This document shows, piece after piece, positions 18,839 through 27,978 of a stretch of 64,000 nt of DNA. Each line of letters opens with the position of its first letter. The stretch's first letter is position 1. A program made the position numbers and the translations under genes. The stretch spans positions 15,186-79,185 of the forward strand of contig WQXS01000008.1 of NCBI GenBank assembly GCA_009784725.1, written 5' to 3'. This stretch comes from Oscillospiraceae bacterium. Lineage in GTDB: Bacteria; Bacillota; Clostridia; Oscillospirales; Oscillospiraceae. The notes beneath the pieces were generated by a model. That model worked only from the letters and a program-made list of their open reading frames with translations. It made no database searches and was not told where the DNA came from.

Positions 18839-19602
18839 TAGAATTTATTGCTTTTACCAAGAAGGAATATATGGAAAGCCTTCGGACATACCGCCTGGTT
18901 ACACTGGCAGCGGTTTTATTGGTTTTCGGTATTCTCAGTCCGCTGACTGCTGCTTTACTTCCCGAGATACTCGGGGCAATTGATTTGGGTGACGGTGTCG
19001 TCCTTACATTACCCGAACCTTCGGCTATCGACTCATGGACTCAGTTTTTCAGCAACATCGGGCAAATGGGGATGCTTGCCGTAATAATTTCATTCAGCGG
19101 ATCAATGGCAAACGAATTTAGCAGAGGAACACTTGTGAATCTCCTGACAAAAGGCATGAAACGGCATGTTGTAATATTATCGAAATTTTTCTCGGCAAGT
19201 GTTTTATGGACAATCGGATATGCCCTCTGTCTTGCTGTCTGCTATGTCTATACCGCTTACTACTGGCCGTCCGATGTAATTACCAATGCACCCTTTGCAT
19301 TTTTCTCACTCTGGCTGTTCGGCGAATTTCTGATAGCAATCCTAATATTCAGCGGCACCCTTTTCGGCAGCTTTTATGGCGCCCTTCTCTCTTGCTTCGG
19401 AGCAATCGTCGTAATGGCATTACTAAACATCTCCCCTGCCATCCAAAAATTCAACCCCATCAGCCTATCCGGCGACACCCTTGCACTACTTAGCGGACAC
19501 AAAGAAATCGCAGACTTTTTCCCCGCTGTAATAATCTGCGTATCTGCTATTGTTATTTTAATAATTGCATCTATTTTAGTTTTTAACAAGAAAAAGGTAT
19601 AA
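18835..19602 (+). CDS. ABC-2 type transporter permease
   Basis: 255 aa, about 6 TM segments, 4-nt overlap with the ATPase gene. Confidence 0.8.
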   Translation: MIEFIAFTKKEYMESLRTYRLVTLAAVLLVFGILSPLTAALLPEILGAIDLGDGVVLTLPEPSAIDSWTQFFSNIGQMGMLAVIISFSGSMANEFSRGTLVNLLTKGMKRHVVILSKFFSASVLWTIGYALCLAVCYVYTAYYWPSDVITNAPFAFFSLWLFGEFLIAILIFSGTLFGSFYGALLSCFGAIVVMALLNISPAIQKFNPISLSGDTLALLSGHKEIADFFPAVIICVSAIVILIIASILVFNKKKV

Positions 19603-19616
19603 AACAGAAAAAGTGT

Positions 19617-19769
19617 TTTGATTTATTCAGGGTGGTTTAGGGTTTATTAAATTAATTTCCTACGCTCAGATGAAACGTCGTGTTTCAACAGAGCGCCCTC
19701 CAGCGTCCATGCTTCCGTGAACGAAAATTAATTTAATAAACCCTAAACCACCCTCAAAAATAAATCAAA
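19617..19769. repeat. ~150-nt palindromic intergenic element, copy 1 (inverted relative to copies 2 and 3)
   Basis: CAGGGTGGTTTAGGGTTTATTAAATTAATTT...AAATTAATTTAATAAACCCTAAACCACCCTCA. The reverse complement aligns to 27979-28128 and 31748-31898. Confidence 0.9.
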
Positions 19770-19832
19770 TACACCTTTTTCTCTGTACTACCTATACCAC
19801 CCTGAACAAATCATTTAAACCTGCTCTCCTGT

Positions 19833-20615
19833 TTAATGTAATAATTTTGTAAACAGCATGCCTGCGACCATGCCGAGGAAGGCGAAGATTGTGGGTATTC
19901 TGTCTTTGCTCATTACTATTGATTGGGGGAGGATTTCGCCGAGAACGACATACAGCATTGCTCCGGCTGCTGCTCCAAATGATAATGAAACGGCGATGTC
20001 GGAAATGCTGCCGATTAGTACACCGACAGCTGCGCCGAGAACAGTAGTTGCACCCGCAAGAAGTGTTATAACTACTGCTTTTGTTTTTGAAAGCCCTCCT
20101 AAAATGAGCGGTGCGGAAACAGCCATTCCCTCGGGGATATTATGAAGCCCTATAATTATCGCAAGAGTCAGACCAAGCTTTGCATCGTAATTCCCTGCTG
20201 CGCCCATTGCTAGACCTTCGGGAACATTATGAAGGCCGATTGCGAAAATCATAATCATTCCCGAACGGAGCATGTTCGGTTTATTGGAGATTATATCCCC
20301 CGAGTGAAAATACTCGGCAAAAGTGTCGTGGATTTTAGACTTCCCGCCTGTGTGTGAAATATTATCCATAAGATAGTGCAGTGCAAAAACCAGCACCGCT
20401 CCTAAAAACAACCCTGCGACCATTATAGCGGCACCCGATAATTCAATTGCTTCGGGAATCAGCTCAACAAAAGCAATGCTGATCATAACCCCGCCCGAAA
20501 AGGACAGGAAGATACCGGTAAGCTTGTCACTTTTGCTGCCGAACAATGCAGTAAAAAACCCGCCGAGACCCATACCAAGCACACCTGCTATTAAACTGAG
20601 TAAAATCATATACAT
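19833..20615 (-). CDS. ZIP family metal (zinc) transporter
   Basis: 260 aa, repeated HN(I/V)PEG(M/L)A motifs, multi-TM. Confidence 0.9.
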   Translation of the reverse strand: MYMILLSLIAGVLGMGLGGFFTALFGSKSDKLTGIFLSFSGGVMISIAFVELIPEAIELSGAAIMVAGLFLGAVLVFALHYLMDNISHTGGKSKIHDTFAEYFHSGDIISNKPNMLRSGMIMIFAIGLHNVPEGLAMGAAGNYDAKLGLTLAIIIGLHNIPEGMAVSAPLILGGLSKTKAVVITLLAGATTVLGAAVGVLIGSISDIAVSLSFGAAAGAMLYVVLGEILPQSIVMSKDRIPTIFAFLGMVAGMLFTKLLH

Positions 20616-20648
20616 TGGTTTTGCTCCGGTTCTTTTGTTACGCCGTGT

Positions 20649-20677
20649 ATTTTACCATATGAAATTGTATCATTCAA
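20649..20677 (-). promoter_or_regulatory. Sigma-70 promoter for ZIP transporter gene
   Basis: On the minus strand: TTGAAT, 17 nt spacer, TAAAAT. Confidence 0.55.
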
Positions 20678-20759
20678 GCTTAAGGAATTCTTAATAAATA
20701 CACGTCTTTGATTGTAAGATTTTTGTATTATCATGACATCACTTCAAGTTTAAGGGATG

Positions 20760-20768
20760 TGGTATAAT
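20760..20768 (+). promoter_or_regulatory. Extended -10 element upstream of the two-component operon
   Basis: TGGTATAAT (TGnTATAAT) about 50 nt upstream of the response-regulator ATG. The -35 is poor. Confidence 0.45.
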
Positions 20769-20818
20769 GATTGAACTATTAATATGACATTATCAGAAAC
20801 AACACGGAGGTTTAGTTT

Positions 20819-21520
20819 ATGCATGATATCTTAATCTGCGATGACGACAAAGACATTGCTGCTGCTATTGCTGTGTATCTTGGGAATGAGGGGTATAAGA
20901 CTCATCAGGCGCATAATGGGAAAGAAGCGCTTTCTGTGTTGGAAGAAGTTGATATTAAGCTGATAATAATGGATATCATGATGCCGGAAATGGATGGGCT
21001 TCGTGCGACAATGGAAGTCAGGCAGACCCGGAACATTCCGATTATAATGCTCTCGGCAAAAAGCGAAGATACAGATAAAATTATCGGTCTTTCGGCAGGT
21101 GCAGACGATTATGTCACAAAACCGTTTAGCCCGCTTGAGCTAATCGCCCGTGTGAAAAGTCAGCTTCGGCGCTTTACGGTACTCGGAAGCCTGCCGTCAC
21201 CCGAGGAGGGTGTACACACAGTAGACGGGCTGACCATTGATGATAACCGCAAGACCGTAACTGTCGACGGTGAAGATGTCAGACTGACTCCGCTTGAATA
21301 CAAAATTGCACTTTTGCTGATTCGCTCCCCGGGAAGAGTTTTCCCGATAGACGAAATATATGAACGTGTTTGGGGCGAGGATGCATTTTGTGCAGACAAT
21401 ACCGTTGCCGTACACATACGGCGGATAAGAGAAAAAATCGAAATAGACCCGAAGAATCCAAAATATATTAAGGTGGTGTGGGGAATTGGATACAAAATTG
21501 AGAGGCTGGACAGCCGTTAG
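20819..21520 (+). CDS. OmpR/PhoB-family response regulator
   Basis: 233 aa. REC domain (DIMMPEMDG) plus winged-helix output domain (VWGIGYKI). Confidence 0.93.
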   Translation: MHDILICDDDKDIAAAIAVYLGNEGYKTHQAHNGKEALSVLEEVDIKLIIMDIMMPEMDGLRATMEVRQTRNIPIIMLSAKSEDTDKIIGLSAGADDYVTKPFSPLELIARVKSQLRRFTVLGSLPSPEEGVHTVDGLTIDDNRKTVTVDGEDVRLTPLEYKIALLLIRSPGRVFPIDEIYERVWGEDAFCADNTVAVHIRRIREKIEIDPKNPKYIKVVWGIGYKIERLDSR

Positions 21521-23918
21521 AATTATATGTATTACACTTATACTTGCGCTGTGCTTTACAGCGCTGAGCAGAACACTTGCATGTTTTATACGCTCGGACG
21601 AAACAGGCATATTCGCAGATGTTGTACTTGTTGATGCATCTTCGAACCAACATTTCTTTACTCCGCATATTAACAGCGCAAATTATCATGCTTCAATTGT
21701 CGCATATTTCGGCAGTGAGGAAGCAATTGAAGCCGGTATGCATTTAAAGTGGTTTGAAAACATAAACGAGTCTTATCTCTTTGATGATTTGCACGGTGAA
21801 GAGATCTATGATTATACAGTCAGCTTTGCGTTGCGAACACCTGACGGCCGTTATCATTATGATACATTGCCGGAAGCGTCTTTTGCATCAAGCATAAACC
21901 GCAGCAGAGCAGAAACATACGCAAAACGTTTGCAGCAGCAACATTTCCGAAGTTCACTTGAAGCTCTCGAAGCTATGTCGGAAACCGAAGGTCTTCTTTA
22001 TCACATAGAAATTGAGTTACCAAACTTTGAACGGTACAGAAGTCTTTTTAATCAGTTAATATTAAACGACATTTTAATTGAATATTATGATGAAGGAAAT
22101 GTACGCATCTATGCAGATTTAAGCGGAGATAACCAAACAGGCATGCATGTCGCGCGGCATATTGAGCATGTTGAAAGAAACGACAAAGATGCCATGCAGA
22201 CTGTTATATACAGTAATGTTGATGCAGAAGGGTTAAACACGGCTGACGAAAATATCCGTTTTTTCAAGAGTCATCCGGTATATTACCTGGTTGACGGAAC
22301 CGGCCTTTTTGACCAGTCTTATACTTTTAATAACTCATATCATTCATATCATTTTGACTATTCTTACAACCTGTCGTCTCTATCTTCTGAAGCAGGCAGT
22401 ATTTTCCTTGCATATTCATCATTGTTTGTAGATGCGCAATATAAGATTATCAATGAAGTGCGTAATTTGTTTATAATCGACTTAGGTATTATCGCTGCTT
22501 GTGCAGTGTTGGTGCTTGCAATGACAATTATCCTTTTGGTTGGTGCAGGAAAGCAGAACAAGCTGGTTGACGGTGTTAAAATGAAATCGGAGGGTGTGCA
22601 TTTTTCGCCGCTTGACAAGCCATATCTGGATATCAGCCTTGTTTTTACAGCAATATGGGTAATTCTTGCCTGTTATCTTGCGCTTACGTTGACTGTTGAA
22701 ATCTGGAGCCGAAAAAGCATCATGGCAATGAATATTATTATTGCAGGCTTTGTACTCCTTACTGTTCCGCTTGTGCTGTATTGGCTGATGAGCTTTGTCA
22801 AACGCTTGAAAGCCGGGAGGTTTTGGAAGCATACATTAATCTACGCAGTCATTTACAGTTGTATTTTCGGTTCGATACGCTTTGTGATTCGTAAACTGGT
22901 TTCTTTGTGGGCGGGAACCCGTCTGTTCATAAAAGTCGGTCTTATTTCGGTTTCGGCATTTTTCACTATGCTTTTTGTCGGCGTCATCGGTGCCGAAACC
23001 CGTGCTCTTGTCCCTCTTTTACTATTAATTTTAATTCTCACGGCTATAATCACGCTCATACTTGCACTCTATGCCCGCCGTCTTCGTAACCTTGAAGCCG
23101 GAGCGGCGGCGGCAAGTCAAGGCAGCTATGATATCCCCATAAACGCAGGCGGCGGTGAGCTTGGCAGAATCGCATGGTCGATTAACAGCATTTCTTCGGG
23201 CATAAACACGGCCGTTGAGGAACGCATGAAAAGTGAACGTCTGAAAACAGAGCTTATTACAAATGTATCTCACGATATAAGAACACCGCTCACCTCAATA
23301 ATCACATATACGGATTTACTTGAGCATGAGGGTCTTGACTGCGATAAAGCACCTGAGTATCTTGATGTTTTGAAGCAAAAATCGCTTCGCCTCAAAACAC
23401 TGACGGACGAACTGTTTGAGGCGGCAAAGGCATCAACAGGCAATATTGATGTAAATCTCACCGAGCTTGATATTGTATCGCTTGTTAACCAGGTTATGGG
23501 TGAGCTTGATAATTCGATAAAATCATCGGGAATCGACCTTCGGGTTAATATGCCCGAAAGGTTAATGGCAAAAGCCGACGGCAGGCTCATGCAAAGGGTG
23601 ATGGAAAACCTGCTGTCCAATGTCTTTAAGTATTCACTTGCGAACTCGAGAGTATACCTTGACGCATATCAGGCAGATTATTCAAATGTCCGTATTGACA
23701 TAAAAAATATCTCCGCAACGGAGCTGAACTTTGACCCATCGGAATTAACGGAGCGATTCAAAAGAGGCGACGATTCCAGAGCCGATGGAGGCAGCGGGCT
23801 TGGCCTTTCGATTGTCCAGAGCTTCGTATCCGCTCAGGGCGGAAAATTCGAAATCGCAATAGACGGCGACCTCTTCAAAGCAACTGTACTGCTACCCGTG
23901 CCGGTATCGCCGCAATAA
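21486..23918 (+). CDS. Sensor histidine kinase with large N-terminal extracytoplasmic domain and multi-TM block
   Basis: 810 aa. H-box VSHDIRTPLTSI and HATPase boxes (LLSNVFKYS, GGSGLGLSIV). Overlaps the RR gene, and the start (TTG 21486) is uncertain. Confidence 0.88.
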   Translation: MDTKLRGWTAVRIICITLILALCFTALSRTLACFIRSDETGIFADVVLVDASSNQHFFTPHINSANYHASIVAYFGSEEAIEAGMHLKWFENINESYLFDDLHGEEIYDYTVSFALRTPDGRYHYDTLPEASFASSINRSRAETYAKRLQQQHFRSSLEALEAMSETEGLLYHIEIELPNFERYRSLFNQLILNDILIEYYDEGNVRIYADLSGDNQTGMHVARHIEHVERNDKDAMQTVIYSNVDAEGLNTADENIRFFKSHPVYYLVDGTGLFDQSYTFNNSYHSYHFDYSYNLSSLSSEAGSIFLAYSSLFVDAQYKIINEVRNLFIIDLGIIAACAVLVLAMTIILLVGAGKQNKLVDGVKMKSEGVHFSPLDKPYLDISLVFTAIWVILACYLALTLTVEIWSRKSIMAMNIIIAGFVLLTVPLVLYWLMSFVKRLKAGRFWKHTLIYAVIYSCIFGSIRFVIRKLVSLWAGTRLFIKVGLISVSAFFTMLFVGVIGAETRALVPLLLLILILTAIITLILALYARRLRNLEAGAAAASQGSYDIPINAGGGELGRIAWSINSISSGINTAVEERMKSERLKTELITNVSHDIRTPLTSIITYTDLLEHEGLDCDKAPEYLDVLKQKSLRLKTLTDELFEAAKASTGNIDVNLTELDIVSLVNQVMGELDNSIKSSGIDLRVNMPERLMAKADGRLMQRVMENLLSNVFKYSLANSRVYLDAYQADYSNVRIDIKNISATELNFDPSELTERFKRGDDSRADGGSGLGLSIVQSFVSAQGGKFEIAIDGDLFKATVLLPVPVSPQ

Positions 23919-23921
23919 CTG

Positions 23922-23956
23922 ATTAGGAAAGGTCCCAAAACGGGACCTTTCCTAAT
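23922..23956 (+). terminator. 15-bp perfect hairpin after the kinase gene
   Basis: ATTAGGAAAGGTCCC-AAAAC-GGGACCTTTCCTAAT. No long T tract. Confidence 0.5.
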
Positions 23957-23963
23957 CATCGTG

Positions 23964-23990
23964 AAGACAGGGAGACTGTCTCCCTGTCTT
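23964..23990 (-). terminator. Palindromic hairpin at folC stop
   Basis: AAGACAGGGAGACTGTCTCCCTGTCTT, overlapping the folC stop codon. Confidence 0.45.
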
Positions 23991-25257
23991 ATCTTGCATT
24001 ATATGCAGCTCTTATTTCTGCAGAAAAGTACAAGGAACCTATTGCGCAAATTATATCATTTTTGCTTGCATTCTTAAATACTTCGGATACGCCGTTATTG
24101 ACTGAACCGCAGTCCTTAACCGGTACTCCGAAGTGTTTTATTTTATCTGCAAGCTTACCGGATTCCATTGCCCTGGGATTATCCGGCTGCACTGTTATAA
24201 ACATTTTCGCAAGCGGTGCTATGTGCTTAATCATGCCATCAACATCCTTGTCGGCGCTTACGCCCATAATGAATAGTATTTTTTCCTCTCCGAAATGTTT
24301 TTGCAAGCTTTCGGCAGTTGCTTCCATTCCCTGCGGGTTGTGTGAGCCGTCAAGAATAAACACGGGGTTTCGCCCCAATACTTCGAATCTGCCCGGCCAT
24401 TTTACTGTTTTAATGCCTTGTTTTATATTGCCGGCGCTTATCTTAAAGCCTTTTCCTCTGAGAAGCTCAAGAGCTGTAACAGCAAGTGCCGCATTATATG
24501 GTTGATAAATACCGAGAAGCGGTAATAGTATTTCACCATACGGTTTAAAATCCAGATGTATACCGTCAAGTGTTATTTCCTGTTTTTGTATACGTGAAAA
24601 ATCAGTTTTATGTAACTTTGCTCCCTGCTGCGCCGAAATATCTTCAAATACCTGTTCAACCTCCGGTTTGCCGCTGTAAATCAGCACGTCTCCGCCTTTT
24701 TTAATTATTCCCGCCTTTTCTTTTGCAATATCGCTTAATGTCGGGCCAAGCTCGTTTACATGGTCGTACCCTATCGATGTAATGACTGCAAGCTCGGGAG
24801 TTTCTATGACATTTGTTGAATCGAGCCTTCCGCCCATCCCCACTTCCAAAACAACAATATCGCACTTTTTGCTTAAAAAATATTTCATGGCAAGCGCTGT
24901 AATCAGTTCAAACTCGGTCGGTGAATCTGTCATCACATCCGCATGAGGACGTATTTCTTCAACCATTTGCGAAAGTTCATCATCTGTTATGTTCTTGCCA
25001 TTAACCTGCATTCTTTCGTTAAAACACTGAACAAACGGGTATGTATAAAGCCCCGTAACATATCCGGCATTTGCCAGAACAGCGGCAATGCATGCACAGG
25101 TTGAGCCTTTTCCGTTTGTCCCCGCAACATGAACAAACTTCAATTGCTTTTCAGGGTTTCCGAGAGCCCGGAGCAGCTCCTCCGTTCTCCCAAGCCCCGG
25201 CTTACTTCCCTGCCACTTAACATTATGAATATACGCAAGCGTTTCGTTGATGTTCAT
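23989..25257 (-). CDS. folC: Bifunctional folylpolyglutamate synthase/dihydrofolate synthase
   Basis: 422 aa, Mur-ligase P-loop VAGTNGKGST. Confidence 0.93.
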   Translation of the reverse strand: MNINETLAYIHNVKWQGSKPGLGRTEELLRALGNPEKQLKFVHVAGTNGKGSTCACIAAVLANAGYVTGLYTYPFVQCFNERMQVNGKNITDDELSQMVEEIRPHADVMTDSPTEFELITALAMKYFLSKKCDIVVLEVGMGGRLDSTNVIETPELAVITSIGYDHVNELGPTLSDIAKEKAGIIKKGGDVLIYSGKPEVEQVFEDISAQQGAKLHKTDFSRIQKQEITLDGIHLDFKPYGEILLPLLGIYQPYNAALAVTALELLRGKGFKISAGNIKQGIKTVKWPGRFEVLGRNPVFILDGSHNPQGMEATAESLQKHFGEEKILFIMGVSADKDVDGMIKHIAPLAKMFITVQPDNPRAMESGKLADKIKHFGVPVKDCGSVNNGVSEVFKNASKNDIICAIGSLYFSAEIRAAYNAR

Positions 25258-25330
25258 AAATTCCTCTTAATAGCATAATTTATAAAGTATAACATATATT
25301 AACAAAGCCGCAAGGCAAATAAATATATAT

Positions 25331-25361
25331 AAAAGTAATAAATCGGACATTTATTACTTTT
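25331..25361. promoter_or_regulatory. Perfect 13-bp inverted repeat (candidate operator)
   Basis: AAAAGTAATAAAT-CGGAC-ATTTATTACTTTT, abutting the -35 of the aminotransferase promoter in a divergent intergenic region. Confidence 0.5.
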
Positions 25362-25362
25362 A

Positions 25363-25391
25363 TAGACATTTTAAATAAAAACGTGTACAAT
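25363..25391 (+). promoter_or_regulatory. Sigma-70 promoter for aminotransferase-trpS
   Basis: TAGACA, 17 nt spacer, TACAAT. Confidence 0.6.
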
Positions 25392-25424
25392 AATTTCCGA
25401 AATAACTAACTATGGAGAAACAAA

Positions 25425-26615
25425 ATGATATCCGAAAAGATGATTAAGCTTACAAAAAGTAACAGTGTTATACGTGCGATGTTTGAGGAGGGTAACAGGC
25501 TTGCAGAGATTCACGGGCGTGAAAATGTCTATGATTTCAGTCTTGGTAACCCTAATATCCCTTCCCCCGACGCTGTTAATAATGCAATAGTTGATATTGT
25601 TAAAAACGAAGAGCCGATGGCACTACACGGTTATATGACAAATGCGGGTTATCCCGCAGTCAGAGCTGCTGTTGCAAAGTCGCTGAACACAAGATTTGAC
25701 ACATCATTTGATGAAAAGAATATTATCATGTCGGTCGGAGCAGCCGGCGGGCTTAATGTTGTGCTTAAAACACTTCTTAATCCCGGCGATGAGGTCATTG
25801 TTATATCACCGTTTTTTGTTGAATATGGGAACTATGTCAGTAATTTTGACGGGAAGCTTGTAATTGTCCCTGCAAACAGTGAAGATTTCCAGCCCGATGC
25901 AAATGCTGTCCGTGATGCGATTACACCTAGAACAAAGGCGATAATCCTCAACTCACCGAATAACCCCACAGGAGTTGTATATACAGAAGAATCAATTAAA
26001 GCACTCTCTAAGGTTCTGAAGGAAAAATCCAAAGAAAACGGTGAGCCGATATATATAGTTTCCGATGAGCCGTACCGTGAGCTTGCTTATGACGGGGTGT
26101 CTGTTCCGTTTATCACAAAGTACTATAAAAATACGATTGTATGCTATTCATGGTCGAAGTCACTCTCGCTACCCGGTCAGCGTATCGGATATATCGTTAT
26201 TCCGGGTGAAATCGATGAATATGAGTTAATATTCGATGCGGCAAGTATTGCAACACGCATACTCGGATATGTTAATGCTCCCGCTTTGATTCAAAGAGTG
26301 GTTGCAAAGTGTCTGTATGAGCAAACAAGCATCAGTATATATAATACCAACAGGGAATTGTTATATAACGGCTTAAAGGACCTCGGATTTGACCCCGTAT
26401 ATCCGCAGGGTGCATTCTATTTATGGGTAAAAACTCCCTGTGATGACAAGGAGTTTGTCGAAAAAGCAAAGAAATATAACATTCTGATTGTTCCCGGAAC
26501 GGCATTTTTCTGCCCGGGATACGCAAGAATCGCATACTGTGTTGCGACGGAAACCATTGAGCGTTCTCTGCCTGCGTTTAAGAAGCTGGCAAAGAAGCTT
26601 GATTTAAACGATTGA
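25425..26615 (+). CDS. Class I PLP-dependent aminotransferase (aspartate aminotransferase-like)
   Basis: 396 aa. PLP-lysine context YSWSKSLSLPGQRIGY and NSPNNPTG motif. Confidence 0.9.
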   Translation: MISEKMIKLTKSNSVIRAMFEEGNRLAEIHGRENVYDFSLGNPNIPSPDAVNNAIVDIVKNEEPMALHGYMTNAGYPAVRAAVAKSLNTRFDTSFDEKNIIMSVGAAGGLNVVLKTLLNPGDEVIVISPFFVEYGNYVSNFDGKLVIVPANSEDFQPDANAVRDAITPRTKAIILNSPNNPTGVVYTEESIKALSKVLKEKSKENGEPIYIVSDEPYRELAYDGVSVPFITKYYKNTIVCYSWSKSLSLPGQRIGYIVIPGEIDEYELIFDAASIATRILGYVNAPALIQRVVAKCLYEQTSISIYNTNRELLYNGLKDLGFDPVYPQGAFYLWVKTPCDDKEFVEKAKKYNILIVPGTAFFCPGYARIAYCVATETIERSLPAFKKLAKKLDLND

Positions 26616-26631
26616 AATTTGAGGTATCATT

Positions 26632-27636
26632 ATGCAAAGTAAAAAAGTAATTTTATCGGGAATTCAACCCAGCGGTGCACTGACACTCGGTTCATACCTT
26701 GGAGCGATAAGGAACTGGGCTGCTCTTGCCGATGAATATAACTGTTATTACGCAATTGTGGACATGCACGCCATTACTGCACGTCAAGACCCTGCAACGC
26801 TGCGTAAAATGCAGTACGAGCATCTGGCTCAATTAATAGCATGCGGGCTTGACTCAAAGGAAAATACGCTTTTTATTCAAAGCCATGTTCCCGCACATGC
26901 ACAGCTTGCATGGGTGCTCAACTGTTATACAATGTTCGGCGAGCTCTCACGCATGACACAGTTTAAGGATAAATCCGCAAAAAACGATGAAAATATAAAT
27001 GCAGGGCTCTTTACATACCCTGCATTACAAGCTGCAGATATTCTGCTCTATCAGGCAGACCTTGTTCCCGTTGGAGCAGACCAAAAGCAGCATGTTGAGC
27101 TTACACGGGATATTGCTTTTCGGTTTAATGGTATATACGGCGATGTATTTAAGCTTCCCGAGCCGTACATTCCAAAAGTCGGCGCACGGATAATGGATTT
27201 ACAAACCCCGACGAAAAAAATGTCAAAGTCCGAAGTTGCCGATGGCGGATGCGTTTTGCTGATGGACAGCCCCGACGATATAGTCCGTGCGTTTAAACGG
27301 GCAGTTACGGACAGTGAAACGAATGTGCGTTTTGACCCCGTAAGCAAGCCGGGCGTATCAAATCTTATTCAAATCTACTCTGTCTGCACGGGCAAAACTA
27401 TTGCCGATGTTGAAAAAGAGTTTGAAGGCAAAGGATACGGTGATTTTAAACCTGTCGTCGGTGATGCGGTCGTTGAGCTCTTCCGCCCGATTCGCGAAGA
27501 GGCACAAAAGCTGATTTCCGAAAGAGCATACCTCGACAACGTCCTGCGCAGCGGCGCTGAAAAAGCCTCCTTAACCGCAATCACAACACTGCGTAAGGTA
27601 TACAGGAAGATAGGTTTTCTCGAAAGACCGCAATGA
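26632..27636 (+). CDS. trpS: Tryptophan--tRNA ligase
   Basis: 334 aa. Class I KMSKS motif and HIGH-region equivalent (GIQPSGALTLGSY). Confidence 0.95.
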   Translation: MQSKKVILSGIQPSGALTLGSYLGAIRNWAALADEYNCYYAIVDMHAITARQDPATLRKMQYEHLAQLIACGLDSKENTLFIQSHVPAHAQLAWVLNCYTMFGELSRMTQFKDKSAKNDENINAGLFTYPALQAADILLYQADLVPVGADQKQHVELTRDIAFRFNGIYGDVFKLPEPYIPKVGARIMDLQTPTKKMSKSEVADGGCVLLMDSPDDIVRAFKRAVTDSETNVRFDPVSKPGVSNLIQIYSVCTGKTIADVEKEFEGKGYGDFKPVVGDAVVELFRPIREEAQKLISERAYLDNVLRSGAEKASLTAITTLRKVYRKIGFLERPQ

Positions 27637-27645
27637 GAATAAACT

Positions 27646-27686
27646 AAAAAGAGGTTGGGGTACATTTTGTACTCTAACCTCTTTTT
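27646..27686 (+). terminator. Intrinsic terminator after trpS
   Basis: AAAAAGAGGTTGGGGTAC-ATTTT-GTACTCTAACCTCTTTTT. It has two G-U pairs on the plus-strand RNA and a T run. Confidence 0.8.
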
Positions 27687-27894
27687 ATAGACTCATATCT
27701 TCCTCGGTGATTTTTGCAATTACCGGGGTTGCTGCGTATTCCGGCTTGCGTTTTGTGGGTTCATATTTGAAGGATGTGCACTTACCTGCTTCCGACATAA
27801 TTCCGCGCTTGCTGCAGGCAATTTCTCCAAAACCCAGAGAAGCACCATGCCTGCAATACGCACAGCTCGGTTCTATATTTTTCCTAAAAAGCAA
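27685..27894 (-). CDS. Small conserved-looking 4-Cys protein (hypothetical)
   Basis: 69 aa, CAYC...C...C pattern. TTG start with GGGGAG about 8 nt upstream. Confidence 0.55.
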   Translation of the reverse strand: MLFRKNIEPSCAYCRHGASLGFGEIACSKRGIMSEAGKCTSFKYEPTKRKPEYAATPVIAKITEEDMSL

Positions 27895-27978
27895 AGTACA
27901 ACTCCCCTTTTAACCGATTATTTTACTTAGTTTAGCATAAAAATAGTAAGAATACAAATTTGTGGACAGTAATTTTAA

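Noticed and set aside
19630-19650. GGTTTAGGGTTTA inside the palindromic repeats, which matches the plant-type telomere unit TTTAGGG twice
   Set aside because: Only two units are present, and they are embedded in a bacterial inverted repeat. This is coincidental.
26616-26631. Expected T-box leader upstream of trpS
   Set aside because: Only 16 nt separate trpS from the preceding aminotransferase gene, so there is no room for a T-box. trpS appears to be co-transcribed.
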